From contig MU053645.1 of assembly GCA_013239625.1 (NCBI GenBank), forward strand, positions 1,170,274-1,234,273: a DNA stretch of 64,000 bases, read 5' to 3'. The position numbers and the translations under genes are program-made. This document shows, in pieces, positions 28,042 to 39,853 of the stretch. Every line of letters begins with the position of its first letter. Within the stretch, counting starts at the first letter, position 1. The DNA is from Lama guanicoe. Lineage: Eukaryota. Under the pieces are notes generated by a model. The model was not told the origin of the DNA. It did no database searches and saw nothing but the letters and a program-made list of their open reading frames with translations.

Positions 28042-29097
28042 CTAGACTATTATTGTTAAATGGATTAGTGAATAAATTAATGTTCTCTGTCCCATCTTTA
28101 TAAAAGGGGAACAGAAGGACCATTCAAGAGACTTCCTCTAAGGCAAGGAAAAAGATAATATTAATAGATATTCATGGTAGTATTGTTCTAATCAATAATA
28201 CATAAGGAAGAGAACAAGATTCCATTACTAACTTGTGGAGTGGCCCCGGCCCACCTGCTTTCCTAACTAGGCATTGGTTGCCTTTTCTGTAAAATAGGGC
28301 CATCTGGTACTTGGGGAGATCCAGCCATTTGGTTCCTTGTTCTGTATGGATGAGTGCTTCTGGTTCCTCAACGTATTACTACCATTCAGACATAGATGAC
28401 TCAACACAGACCACCACTAAAAAAGTAAAAAGATAGAGGCCAAGACCCAGTCTTGTCTTATCTATTTTGGAACAGGATTCAGGGTCTCAGAGCATAGCAA
28501 TGGTGTCCTTGTTTCAATGCTCACTGGCCAAACCTAATCCTTTCCAGAGACTCAGCAGAGATGTTTATAACTCACCTTTGTTTTGAGAGAAAACACTGCG
28601 ATATTCCTCTGTCTGTAAAGCTAAAACAAATTGCATGGACTAATTTACTATTTGAAGGTCCCTGTTGTCTTATTAAGGTCAAAACTTAATGGAGAGAAAT
28701 GTCACTAAAATTTGTAAATTTACCCACAGATTATATTCATTTATCCTGTCTGTCATCTAATAATGAGCTAGCAAAATTCCAACAAATAAACAGATTAAGT
28801 CCCTTGGCGTTTAACCAAAATGGCCATGTATCTGAAATATAAATGAGCCTTTTTTTCTTTTTGTCATTGAGGTGACACTGAGCATCTAACATGGTAGAGC
28901 CTTAAAGAAATTCCAGAGCCTAATCAGTATCATTTTTCCACACTAATTAGGCTCTGAGAGAGGATGATGGAGAATAAAAACTAACAGGGAGAGATTAGAA
29001 GAAAGCTTCATGGAGAAGCTAAGGCCCTGAGTTGGCAAAAGGCAGTGTCTGCTTTAAAAAATGTGATACACGTGGAGATCATTGTAGAGCTCTGTAC

Positions 29098-29641
29098 ATG
29101 GTATATATATATACACAATAGAATATCACTCATAAAAAGAATGAAATAAGCCATTTGCAACAACATGGACAGACCTAGAGATTATCATATTAAGTGAAGT
29201 TAGAGAAAGACAAATATCATATATCACTTACGTGTGGAATCTAAAGAAATGATAAATGATACAAATGAATGTATTTACAAAACAGAAATAGACTCACAGA
29301 CATAGACTCACACACATAGAAAATAAACTCATGGTTACCAACTGGGACAGGAGGGGAGCAGCGGGAAGGGATAAATTAGGAGTTTGGGATTAACATATAC
29401 ACACTACTGTATATAAAATAGATAAACAACAAGGACCTACTATATAGCACAGGGAACTATATTCAGTATCTTATAATAACCTATAATGGAAAAGAATCTG
29501 AAAATATATATATATATGTATAACTGAATCACTTGCTATATACAACGTATATATAACTGAGTCACTTGCTATACACCTGAAACTAACACAACATTGTAAA
29601 TTAACTATACTTCAATTAAAAAATGGTTAAAAGGAAAAAAA
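29098..29641 (+). mobile_element. L1 3' end (cetartiodactyl type: ORF2 tip plus 3' UTR)
   Basis: gccatttgcaacaacatggacagacctagag...gggataaattaggagtttgggatt...gcacagggaactatattca...acattgtaaattaactatacttcaattaaaaaa. Confidence 0.92.
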
Positions 29642-32154
29642 TGGTTGATCTCATTCTTCAGCCTTATTAATTAAAAGCTCATGAACATCCTGGACCAGTA
29701 CTGATGGGAGATCTTACAATCTACCAATCCTGGTTAGATATGCAAAAGCGCCAACTTCCATTCTTCCACTCTGCTTTCCAGGCTTTTAAATCCCCCTACC
29801 TCTGGACTTTCACCAATTACAACTGACCTGGGGCCATTGTATTGTCACAGCACCACTCTCCTAAGCAAAAGGCTTGGAAAGCAGGCTGTCTGGATGTCTT
29901 GTCAGTGTTTGGCTTTACTCCAAGACACATTTCCTAATTCTATTTATTAGGGACAGAGAGCTGTGAGCAAATGTAGCACTTCACCAAATAAGAAGTAAAG
30001 GTCTTCCCCTTAGGGAGCTTCTTTTCTAAATAAAACTAAAGAGAGCCTTAGGAGTTGAGAAACACTTTATCTGGTTGTATTCACTGAAGATGCTAGAACC
30101 AGGGATTTCTGAGGAAGGAGCTAAATAAGAAAAGGAAATCTTAAAGCACGAGCAAGGTAAAAGAAAAGGCATGAGAATATGATGTCATTAAAACTTAGTG
30201 TAGTCTTCAAGTTGCTTCTTAAGAGAGACAGATTGGCTGAATGAAATAAAGGAAATATAAGATTTAAAAATTAACTATGCATCACCACTTGGGTTTTTTG
30301 CAGTAGCTTGGCAAGTACAAGATAAGAATAGAGCTAGTGAATTGGCTGTCATAGGCATTGTCCTATTTGAAGTATAGTCATGCCATCTCTGATGTCACAA
30401 CTGGCCTGCTGTCAGAGAAACTGAAGCATATTTATGGAACATTTCAGTATGAACATCTTCAGGAAGGTCCTAGAAGATACTGGAATAATTTATTAACAGA
30501 TCACATTTGAGAAAGCATTTGACAAGAAAGAAAAAGAAGAAATAGTCAAATACAATTGCAAATGAACATTTATTACATTAGGCTTGGAATCCATTTCTCC
30601 CTCAAGGCAATTATCCTTGGATAAATGAGTTACTGAATAAATAAAGCTGCTATTGTAAGTCAATTCTTCCTATAGGCTTTTTTCATGAAAGCAAATTATT
30701 GTGAATGTTGATCATAATCTGTTATCTACATGGAAATTTGAAAACGGTAGACATTATCAGACAAATTCATTCTCCTAAATAAATGCACCAAATTACTTAC
30801 AGATAGCATAAGGAACAAGAGCCAAGTCATGAACAGTTGGGATAGGTTTGTCTTATTAATGTAGTTCTTTTCACATATATTTTAAATACCTTTGAGCACA
30901 TTACCATCTGTGTGTATTCTACTAATGAGCTGCAGCCTCCACGAAGGTCAGTCACTTAGCATTGATTAGTTAGATGGAGACTGCTTAATTTCCAAGCCAT
31001 TAATGAGGCACACTCTCTCATTAGGTTGAATCTTCCTCTTGTTAGTGTGAGTAATCTATTAATGAGCCTTTAGCATATCCTGTTGAAGCTTGCTTGCCAG
31101 TGAAACAGACATGGCCCAGAAACTCAACACAAGCTGTTCTGGCAGTGCCATGGCACTGAGATGAACTGGTAATAGGTACCATACACCAATAACTTCCTGA
31201 GCAGTTCCCTTTGTCTCATTCTTACACCTATTTTTGGAGGGTCCACCGGAGTGGCCCTTCTCAAAGAACTAACACGGGGAAGACTGCCTTATCTAATTAC
31301 CAGGAAGTGACCTTAGAGACTGTACAATGTGCTCTGAATTTCTGCTAGCTCTGCCTGTACCAGGCCTCTCAGAGGCTCAGAGAATTAGGCAAGCAAGTGC
31401 CTCATTTGGCTTAAGAGCCCAGTTAATGCACCCCCAAGTCATGATTTCCTTTGTCACGGGGTCCAGTCAACTGTTTTGTTCCACAGATCACAACTGAACT
31501 TGTAATTCTGCTTGTGAGCAATGAAAATGTGTTCCATGTGTCACAAGGAGGGTCAGATGAAAGAATGTGTGTGTCACCACCGTCATCTTACATAAAAACC
31601 TGCCAACACTTAGTATTTACTGTGTACTCATGCTGTGGTTTTTGGATTTACAGGTTCAGCATTCATAAAGACATTTCCTTCAGGGTCCTCAGACCTACAC
31701 TGAAGGTCAGATGCCACTAGGCTCATATGGGGTTTGGATTTCAAAACCTAAGGAAGGCTTCCCACAGGCTAATTGGGAAACAAACGTAGTGCATTAGTTC
31801 GCTTTGTTACTTCACTTCGAACTAGAACTTGAAAAATGTTTAAAGCTAAGGATAAGTTTTAAAAATTCTTTTAATTAAAAAACAATTAAATAGGAAAGAA
31901 TATGACATAAAATGTTAAAACAGTAAATACAACAGTAAATAATTTTAAAGGATTATTCATTTAAAAGTACAAAAGCCAGGTAGTGCTGTCACTAACCCTC
32001 GATGGCTATCCACCAGTGCTGAATCTAATTCTAGCTTTTCCTTCAAAAGGCTGAAATAAGGAAAAATCTTTAGGAGAAAGAGATTATATCAAAAATATGA
32101 AATAATTCAGGAGGCGCCCCACTATAAAATATCAGGCCAGCAGCAAGAAAATTC

Positions 32155-32920
32155 ATTTTCATTTCTTCATTCATTCTGCAAACATTTACTGAACCCTTAT
32201 GTGTCTCTGCTCTTATAAAATCCATCATCTATTGGGAAGATGGTCATTAGACAAACATTGTGATAAACAATCTGAGGGGAAAGAACAGGGTATTCCATGT
32301 CTCTCTTGAAGTTCATAACACACATTAACATAGCAAGGGCTGTGAGAAGTCCCACTGTAAAGAAAGCTCTTTATCGAACCTAGAAGAACTGAGTGTCCCT
32401 AAATTTTAGAGTGGTTAGTGATCATCTGTCTGAGAAAGCAGAATTTTTATCAAAGAGATGAAGGATGAGTAGAAGTAGTAAGACAGGTGAAGGGACATTC
32501 CAGACAGAGGGAAGGGAATATGCCCTGAGGAGGAATTTGCCTGGAACACTAGAGGAACTGACAATGTGGCTAGAGCAGAGAGAACCTGGAGGGAGCATGG
32601 TAAGCAGTGAGGCTGCAGAGGTTGGCAGAGTTCAGGCCATGGAGGGTTTTACAGGCAATAGTAAGGTGTTAGAATTTTATCCTGAGTATGATTGGAAGTT
32701 TTAAAGTATTTGGGGAAAAACAGTAGTCCAGTGCTATTTTGTTTGCTATTTGAGTGTTGGTTTGTTTAGGATAACTGGTTATATAGCATGCACAGTGATT
32801 TCGAGGAAAATAAAAAGGGAACCTGGAAGACCAGTCAGAGACTACAATAGTCCAGGTCAAGGATAATGGCAGCTTGGAGTTGGGTAGAATAGGGGCACAG
32901 ATCTAGTTTGAAGATTTAGG
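32155..32920 (-). mobile_element. L2 fragment containing a MER117-like piece (about 32299-32372)
   Basis: cattcattctgcaaacatttactgaac...cattccagacagagggaa...tgaggctgcagaggttggcag...gactacaatagtccagg. Confidence 0.65.
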
Positions 32921-32995
32921 TATTATGAGTTACTTAGGGACAGCACGTTGCAAATGGTGTTTCATCTCTCCACATGCCCTTTAGGAAAAAAAAAA

Positions 32996-33965
32996 AAGTT
33001 TCCATATTCCAACACACTTGGGAAAGCAGCATCCTCTGAGTCTCTCTTGGAGTTCATAACACAAACTAGCACATTAAAGTCTCTGATAGGTCCTGCTGTA
33101 AAGAAGCCCCTTTAACTATTTTTATCTGGTATTTTCAAGCATTTTTGGCCATAGAATCTTTTGCTTTATGTAACACTTACCACACGGCTGTTGTCAGAGT
33201 TAAAGGAGATCTTATGTGTGAAGTGCCCAGCACAGGATCTGGCACACAGTAAACACTGAATGAGTGTTTGTTCTGGTAGCTGTCGTGGAAATTGTTATTT
33301 CTTTGCTTCCAGAAACAAGTCATAACACCTAGGACCAGATTTAAGCAGCATCCATTGCTCTAACTCCTTGAGAACTTCAGTTTTTGTGTTGGGAGAGCTC
33401 AGGCCCAGCTGTAAACAACTCTGGACATGTGTTTTATGTCATCCAGCAGGGCTCCAACCTCAGTATGAACAGAGAAACCAAAGTTTCCATATTCCAACAC
33501 ACTTGGGAAAGCAGCATCCTCTGAGTCTCTCTTGGAGTTCATAACACAAACTAGCACATTAAAGTCTCTGATAGGTCCTGCTGTAAAGAAGCCCCTTTAA
33601 CTATTTTTATCTGGTATTTTCAAGCATTTTTGGCCATAGAATCTTTTGCTTTATGTAACACTTACCACACGGCTGTTGTCAGAGTTAAAGGAGATCTTAT
33701 GTGTGAAGTGCCCAGCACAGGATCTGGCACACAGTAAACACTGAATGAGTGTTTGTTCTGGTAGCTGTCGTGGAAATTGTTATTTCTTTGCTTCCAGAAA
33801 CAAGTCATAACACCTAGGACCAGATTTAAGCAGCATCCATTGCTCTAACTCCTTGAGAACTTCAGTTTTTGTGTTGGGAGAGCTCAGGCCCAGCTGTAAA
33901 CAACTCTGGACATGTGTTTTATGTCATCCAGCAGGGCTCCAACCTCAGTATGAACAGAGAAACCA
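32996..33965 (+). repeat. Perfect head-to-tail tandem duplication, 2 x 485 bp (32996-33480 and 33481-33965)
   Basis: Base-by-base comparison by eye showed no mismatches. The unit contains MER117-like and MIR-tail fragments plus unique sequence. Confidence 0.97.
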
Positions 33966-34261
33966 TCAGAGATAAAGGGTAGGGGGGAGCCTTAAAGACC
34001 AGAACACATCTATTCAGTGCTACCTTCTTCAGGGAGCTGACCAGGAACCTCAGGTACCTGGACCCCATCTACTGAGTAATTCTGCCCTCCCCAGGAAACT
34101 CCAGGCCTTGAGTGTTTGAAGCTCAGAACAAGCAAACAAAGGATAAAATATTCAAACTTCCAGTGTGTCTTGTATCAACAGGTTTTTAAATGTGATGCCC
34201 TTCAAAGGGAAGTTCTTGATACCAAAACAAAAAGCACCTTATCTCTTTCTAAAGTGCTGAA

Positions 34262-34549
34262 GGGAGTCAAAAGTACAAACTTTCAGTTATAAAATGAATG
34301 TGCTATGGGGATGTAACATACAGCATGGCAACTATAGTTAACAAGACTGTACTGCAATATTTGAAAGTTGCTAAAAGGGTGGATCTTAAAATTTCTCATC
34401 AGAAGAAAAAAAAGTACGTAACTGCATGGTGATGGATATTAACTGAATTTTTGTGGTGATCATTTCTCAATATATACAAATATTAAACCACTATGTTGTA
34501 TGTCTGAAACTAATAATGTTGTATGTCAATTATACCTCAATTAAAAAAA
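34262..34549 (+). mobile_element. L1MA9-like 3' end
   Basis: gtacaaactttcagttataaaatgaat...atttgaaagttgctaa...tgtggtgatcatttc...gtatgtcaattatacctcaattaaaaaaa. Confidence 0.88.
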
Positions 34550-35610
34550 CATATAAAACTAAAGTACCTTTTTAAAAAAAGCATTTCCTAACATCCTACA
34601 CAAAATTTATTAAGCTTTCAAATTACTCATTAAAGGCCTCTACTTGCCAGTATGTGTATGTCTACTCAGTTACGTCTAATTCCTCCATGTACATAAGCTT
34701 TCATGAAATGGCATGATTATTTCATGACATCTTATACACTAAAGAAAAGTACAGGTGGCCACTAGTTATGGAAAAAGAAGCGAAATGAGAGAAATAATAA
34801 AATCTACTGCCTATTGCTATGCTTTAAATATACAAAATGTTTTCTCTGTCCAGAAAAGCAGACCCAAAGTCCCATCCTTGGGACTGCTACCACTTCTATT
34901 TTGTTTATAATAACTAAGAAAAATCTGATAAGGAAAATAACAGCAGGAACAACAACAAAGTAACTGCCATCTATTGAACAGAAAATGTCATACGCCAAGC
35001 CCTGTGTAAATACTCTTCCTACAGAGTTTCTCCAATTCTCACAGTAACTCTTACGCAACCAATTATTTCACAGATAAAGCACTGGTGGTTCAGGAATGTA
35101 TGCAAGGTTTCACAGATAGTCACCTACTGCGTACATTGGATCTAAACCCGGATGAGTACACCTCCAGACCAAGGTCTCCCTTACCTCTATTCCCTCTTCC
35201 TAAGTAGTCCCCTAACTTAGCTGAGCAGGTGCCTCCATCAGAGAGAAACAATACATGTATATTTTGCAGGTGCAAATGAATGAAAACACATCCTATAGCA
35301 AGCAGAGAACAAGTTTTAACGATTAACGTAGAATGGAGCAGGAATAATTTCCTACCGTTCAATTAGTCATGTAACTCTTCTTGACAGAGGAGGATTGGGG
35401 AAAATGTCTGAGTGGACTTTCAAGGTTACTCCCTTTCTGCCAGTTAAAGGAATCAAAAGGGAATATTCTTTTACCTCTTGCATGTGATTTGAAAAAAGTG
35501 AGTGTTTAATTTATACTTATTGAAAAAAATTAAGCTGAAAGCTTGAATTCTATATAGCAATTATTAACCCTATGTATAATTTCTTCCTTCTACTGTCTCA
35601 TTCTGCTCAC

Positions 35611-36868
35611 TTTAATTTTTTCATTGAAGTATAGTTGATCTACAGTATTGTATTAGTTTCAGGTGTACGGCATAACGATTCAGCTTTTTGTTCTGATCAG
35701 TCCACTATAGGTTATTACAAGATATTGAATTCCTTGTGTTATACAGTAAATTCCTGTTGCTATCTGTTTTATACATAGTAGTATGTAACTGTTAATCTCA
35801 TTCTCCTAATTTGTTCTTTCTTCCCTCCCTCTCCCCTTCAGTAACTGTAAGTTTCCTATGTCTGTGAGTCTGTTACTATTTTGTATATAGATTCATGTGT
35901 ATTTTTTTTCAGATGCCACACATATGTGACATCATATAGTGTTTGTCTTTCTCTGACTTACTTTACTAAGTATCATATTCTTTATGTCTACTCATGTTGC
36001 CATGTTACAAGTGGCAATATTTTATTCTTTCTTATGGCTGAGTAATATTCTATTATGTGTGTGTATGTGTGTCTGTATATATAGAAAGAGCACATCTTCT
36101 TAAGCCAATCATCTGTTGATAGGCACTTAGGTTGTTTCCATGTCTTGGCTATTATAAATAGCACTGCTGTGAACTAAGGGTGCATGTATCTTTTCAAATT
36201 AGAGTTCCTTCTGGATATATGTCCAGGAGTGGGATTGCTGCATCATACAGTAAGGCTATTTCTAGTTTTTTAAGGAACCTCTACACTGTCCTCCATAGTG
36301 GCTGCACCAAAATACATTCCCACCAACAGCGTAGGAGGGTTCCTTTTTCTCCACACCCTATCCAGCATTTATTTAGATTTTTGATGATGGCCATTCTGAC
36401 AAGTGTGAGGCAATACCTCACTGTGGTTTTGATTTGCATTTCTCTAATAATTAGTGATGTTGAGCATCTTTTCTTCTGCCTGTTGGCCATCTGGATGTCT
36501 TCTTTGAACAAATGTCTATTTAGGTCTTCTGATCATTTTTTGATTGGGTAGCTGAGTGTGTGTGTGATAATGAGTTCTGAAAGCTGTTTGTATACTTTGG
36601 ATATTAACCCTTTGTTGGTTGCATCATTTGCAAATATTTTCTCCCATTCTGTAGGCTGTCTTTCATTTTGTCGCTGGTTCCCTCTGCTGTACAAAAAAAT
36701 TTTAAGTTAGATTAGGTCCCATTTGTTTATTTTTGCTTTTATTTATTTTGCCTTGTACGACTGATCTAAGAAAATATTGCTACAATTCACGCTGGACAAT
36801 GCTTCACCTATGTTCTCTTCTAGGAGTTTTATGGTGTCACGTCTTAAACTTAGGTCTTTAAACCATTT
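35611..36868 (-). mobile_element. L1 3' fragment (ORF2 C-terminus plus 3' UTR), same sense as the host gene
   Basis: attgaagtatagttgat...; minus-strand [34 protein letters not shown]...[15 protein letters not shown]. Confidence 0.93.
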
Positions 36869-39116
36869 AAAATGGTTTTAAATGTTTTTAAGCCAAAGAA
36901 TGCTGATCTTTGAGCTGAAGAGAAAAAAATGGAAGCTATTTTGACTGCGAAAACTGAGAATACACCCAAACACAGGGCTGCCCCAGCTTTTTGGGCAAAT
37001 CACAGTGTGGAAGCTGCATTGTCAGGTGAACTAACTCTGAATGCAATCCACCCCTATAGGCAGTCCAAGATGCATTTCATTAAAGCAAAACAAAAAACAA
37101 AAAAGCAATTTTGGGTCAGTCTATCATGGCTTGACACCCAACTTTTGATGCTTTATAAACAAACAATATCACAACAGCTACACTGCCAATCATTGCCTCC
37201 TGCAAGTTTTCAACAAGAAGCCTGAAGTATTTGCTGTTTTGTTTCCATAAGGGCAAGCCACAGGGAGCTCTTCAGATGACCCTAAAGATCAAAGTACCAG
37301 CCACACTTTGGCATTTTCTAGTAAAAGTTTCCAAGGAGCTCAGCGGAAGGCTTTATTAGCACTGTACAGTGTCCCTGCAGGAGTAGACTGGAACCAATGA
37401 CAGGATATATGTGAGGGTTTGTGGAAACTTGAAGCTGGTAACCCTCACCTCTGCCATCGATTTATCATGTGATCTTGGGCAAACTCACTAGTTTTTCCCT
37501 GAACCTCTAGCTCCTCTGTGAAGCTCGAATAAGAGCCACAACCATTCACATCGCCCCTAACCACTGGGCAAACAGAAAATGCTACACACAGTCAGTGCTA
37601 AATAGTAATAACAAAATCTAAGGAAAAAAACAGATCATTTCCACCAAAAACCCATCACACTTTGAACCACAGATCAGTGAGTACCTGAAAATAAAACACA
37701 CATTTCAGATTACAATGTATTTCCTTTCTCCTGGTCCATCTCTAGAGAACTGTATGTCTTCCTGCCAGCCTATTAGGAACACTAATCACGCTTCTTATAG
37801 TGAAGGATCAAGTGGGTTTGAAAGGATGAGCGATAATAAAATGATAAAATGTGCACTCTGGGGGTGACTGTTACTTGGATCAGTTTGGCTTTCAGTCTAT
37901 AGGCGGGGAATCATTTATAGGAAGTCTAGCTCTAGGCTTTAGGAGGGAGGTGTTGAGGGGAGAAGGGTGTGCTAACAGAACATGGTACAGTGCTCTCCAG
38001 AACTGTTTCTCCCCTACCACAATCTCAACAAGAAGGAAAGCCAGCCTCTTCTACCACTGGTCTCTTAATTTCCACATCTTTAACCTAACACTACTGCTAA
38101 GTTGACCCGCAGCCAGGTGGCCAACAAGATAGGCCCTTACAGCAATTGATCAGATTGTCACATGGTCAATTCAATTCAATCAGCAACTCCAAAAGCCAGT
38201 AATATTGGCCCATGAAACAGTAGGCAGAATCATTTCAACCACCTTGACAACTAAATCATCTACTATACACTCTCACAATGGCAGTGAATATACTTTTCAA
38301 ACAAAATCTTTCAGGGAAGCACAGCATATCAAACAAATAAAAGTGGAGATGCTGTGGTTGGAGTGAGTGAAACCGGAGTCCGTGCTCATTCTGCCTATCT
38401 CTCCAATTCCCGTATTAGTCCCCAGAAGCAACTCCAGTGAGCCCAGAGGGATGCACAAAACACAAGTTGACAACAGTCTGGACCTAACCGAAACTCCTCA
38501 TTAATTTTTAGATGAGAACACTAAGGTCCAGAGAAGAAAAGTGACTTAATGACAGTCCCAGAAATTGTAACATTTCCAGGACTAGAATCCTGGTGTCAAG
38601 ATTCCTCGCCTAGCATCTGACTCTATATGAATCCTTCATGTGTGGCCAACATAGGTCTCTCTCCCATGGGTACAGCTATGCTGGGAAGGGAAGAAGGTAG
38701 GGAGGACTGTGCACTGGGGCAGCATATGGGAAGTACAGGTCCCAAGGCGTGAAGTGCACATCAGGCGAAAGCTGGATATACAGCAGAGTCTTTCCTTTCC
38801 ATGGATCTGATCTCTTCTTACCAGAGTATAGTTAGCTCCTTACAGAAGCAACACTGGGCCAAACAATTCCACATGGTGCTTGGCAATTAGCAGTGACAAG
38901 AGCAAGAAGCAGTCACATTTGAGTTTGGTTCAAACTGCAAAGATAGCCTTAAAAAAAAGAACTCTTTCTAATATCTGAGGAGATAGGGCAATCTTTATAT
39001 ACTTATTTATGGGAAGTTCTCATTAAACTGAAATCCCAATAATCAGAATGCTCAAATAACTAGATTACTTCCCCTCCCCTTCCCTACAGTGGTAAATATT
39101 ATTAATATTCATGACA

Positions 39117-39853
39117 CTGCTGGTGGGAATGCAGTTTGGTGCAGCCACTATGGAAAACAGTGTGGAGATTCCTCAAAAGACTAGGAATAGACTTACCATA
39201 TGACCCAGGAATCCCACTCCTGGGCTTATATCCAGAAGGAAATCTACTTCAGGATGATACCTGCACCCCAGTGTTCATAGCAGCACTATTTACAATAGCC
39301 AAAACATGGAAACAGCCTAAATGTCCATCAACAGGTGACTGGATAAAGAAGATGTGGTATAGTTATACAATGGAATACTACTCAGCCATAAAAACAGACA
39401 ACACAGACAACATCATTTGCAGCAACATGAATGCTCCTGGAGAATGTCATTCTAAGTGAAGTAAGCCAGAAAGAGAAAGAAAAATACCATGAGATCGCTC
39501 ATATGTGGAATCTAAAAAACAAAAACAAACAAACAAAAACAAAGCGTAAATACAGGACAAAAATTGACTCACAGACAGAGAATACAGACTTGTGGTTGCC
39601 AGGGGGCGGAGGACGGGAAGGGATAGACTGGGATTTCAAAATTGTAGAATAGATAAACAAGATTATACTGTATAGCACAGGGAAATATACACAAAATGTT
39701 ATGGTAGCTCACAGAGAAAAAAATGTGACAATGAGTGTGTATATGTCCATGTATGACTGAAAAATTGCGCTGAACACTGGAATTTGACACATTGTAAAAT
39801 GATTATAAATCAATAAAAATGTTAAAAAATATGATTTAACACCTAAAAAAAAA
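39117..39853 (+). mobile_element. Young camelid-type L1 3' fragment with poly(A) and 10-bp TSD
   Basis: Nearly intact [29 protein letters not shown]...FIAALFTIAKTWKQPKCP; AATAAA 39812-39817; TSD ATTCATGACA at 39107-39116 and 39854-39863. Confidence 0.93.

Noticed and set aside
32996..33965. Possible CRISPR-like array or LTR pair
   Set aside because: There are only two directly abutting long copies, with no spacers, no internal region and no TG...CA ends, in eukaryotic DNA.
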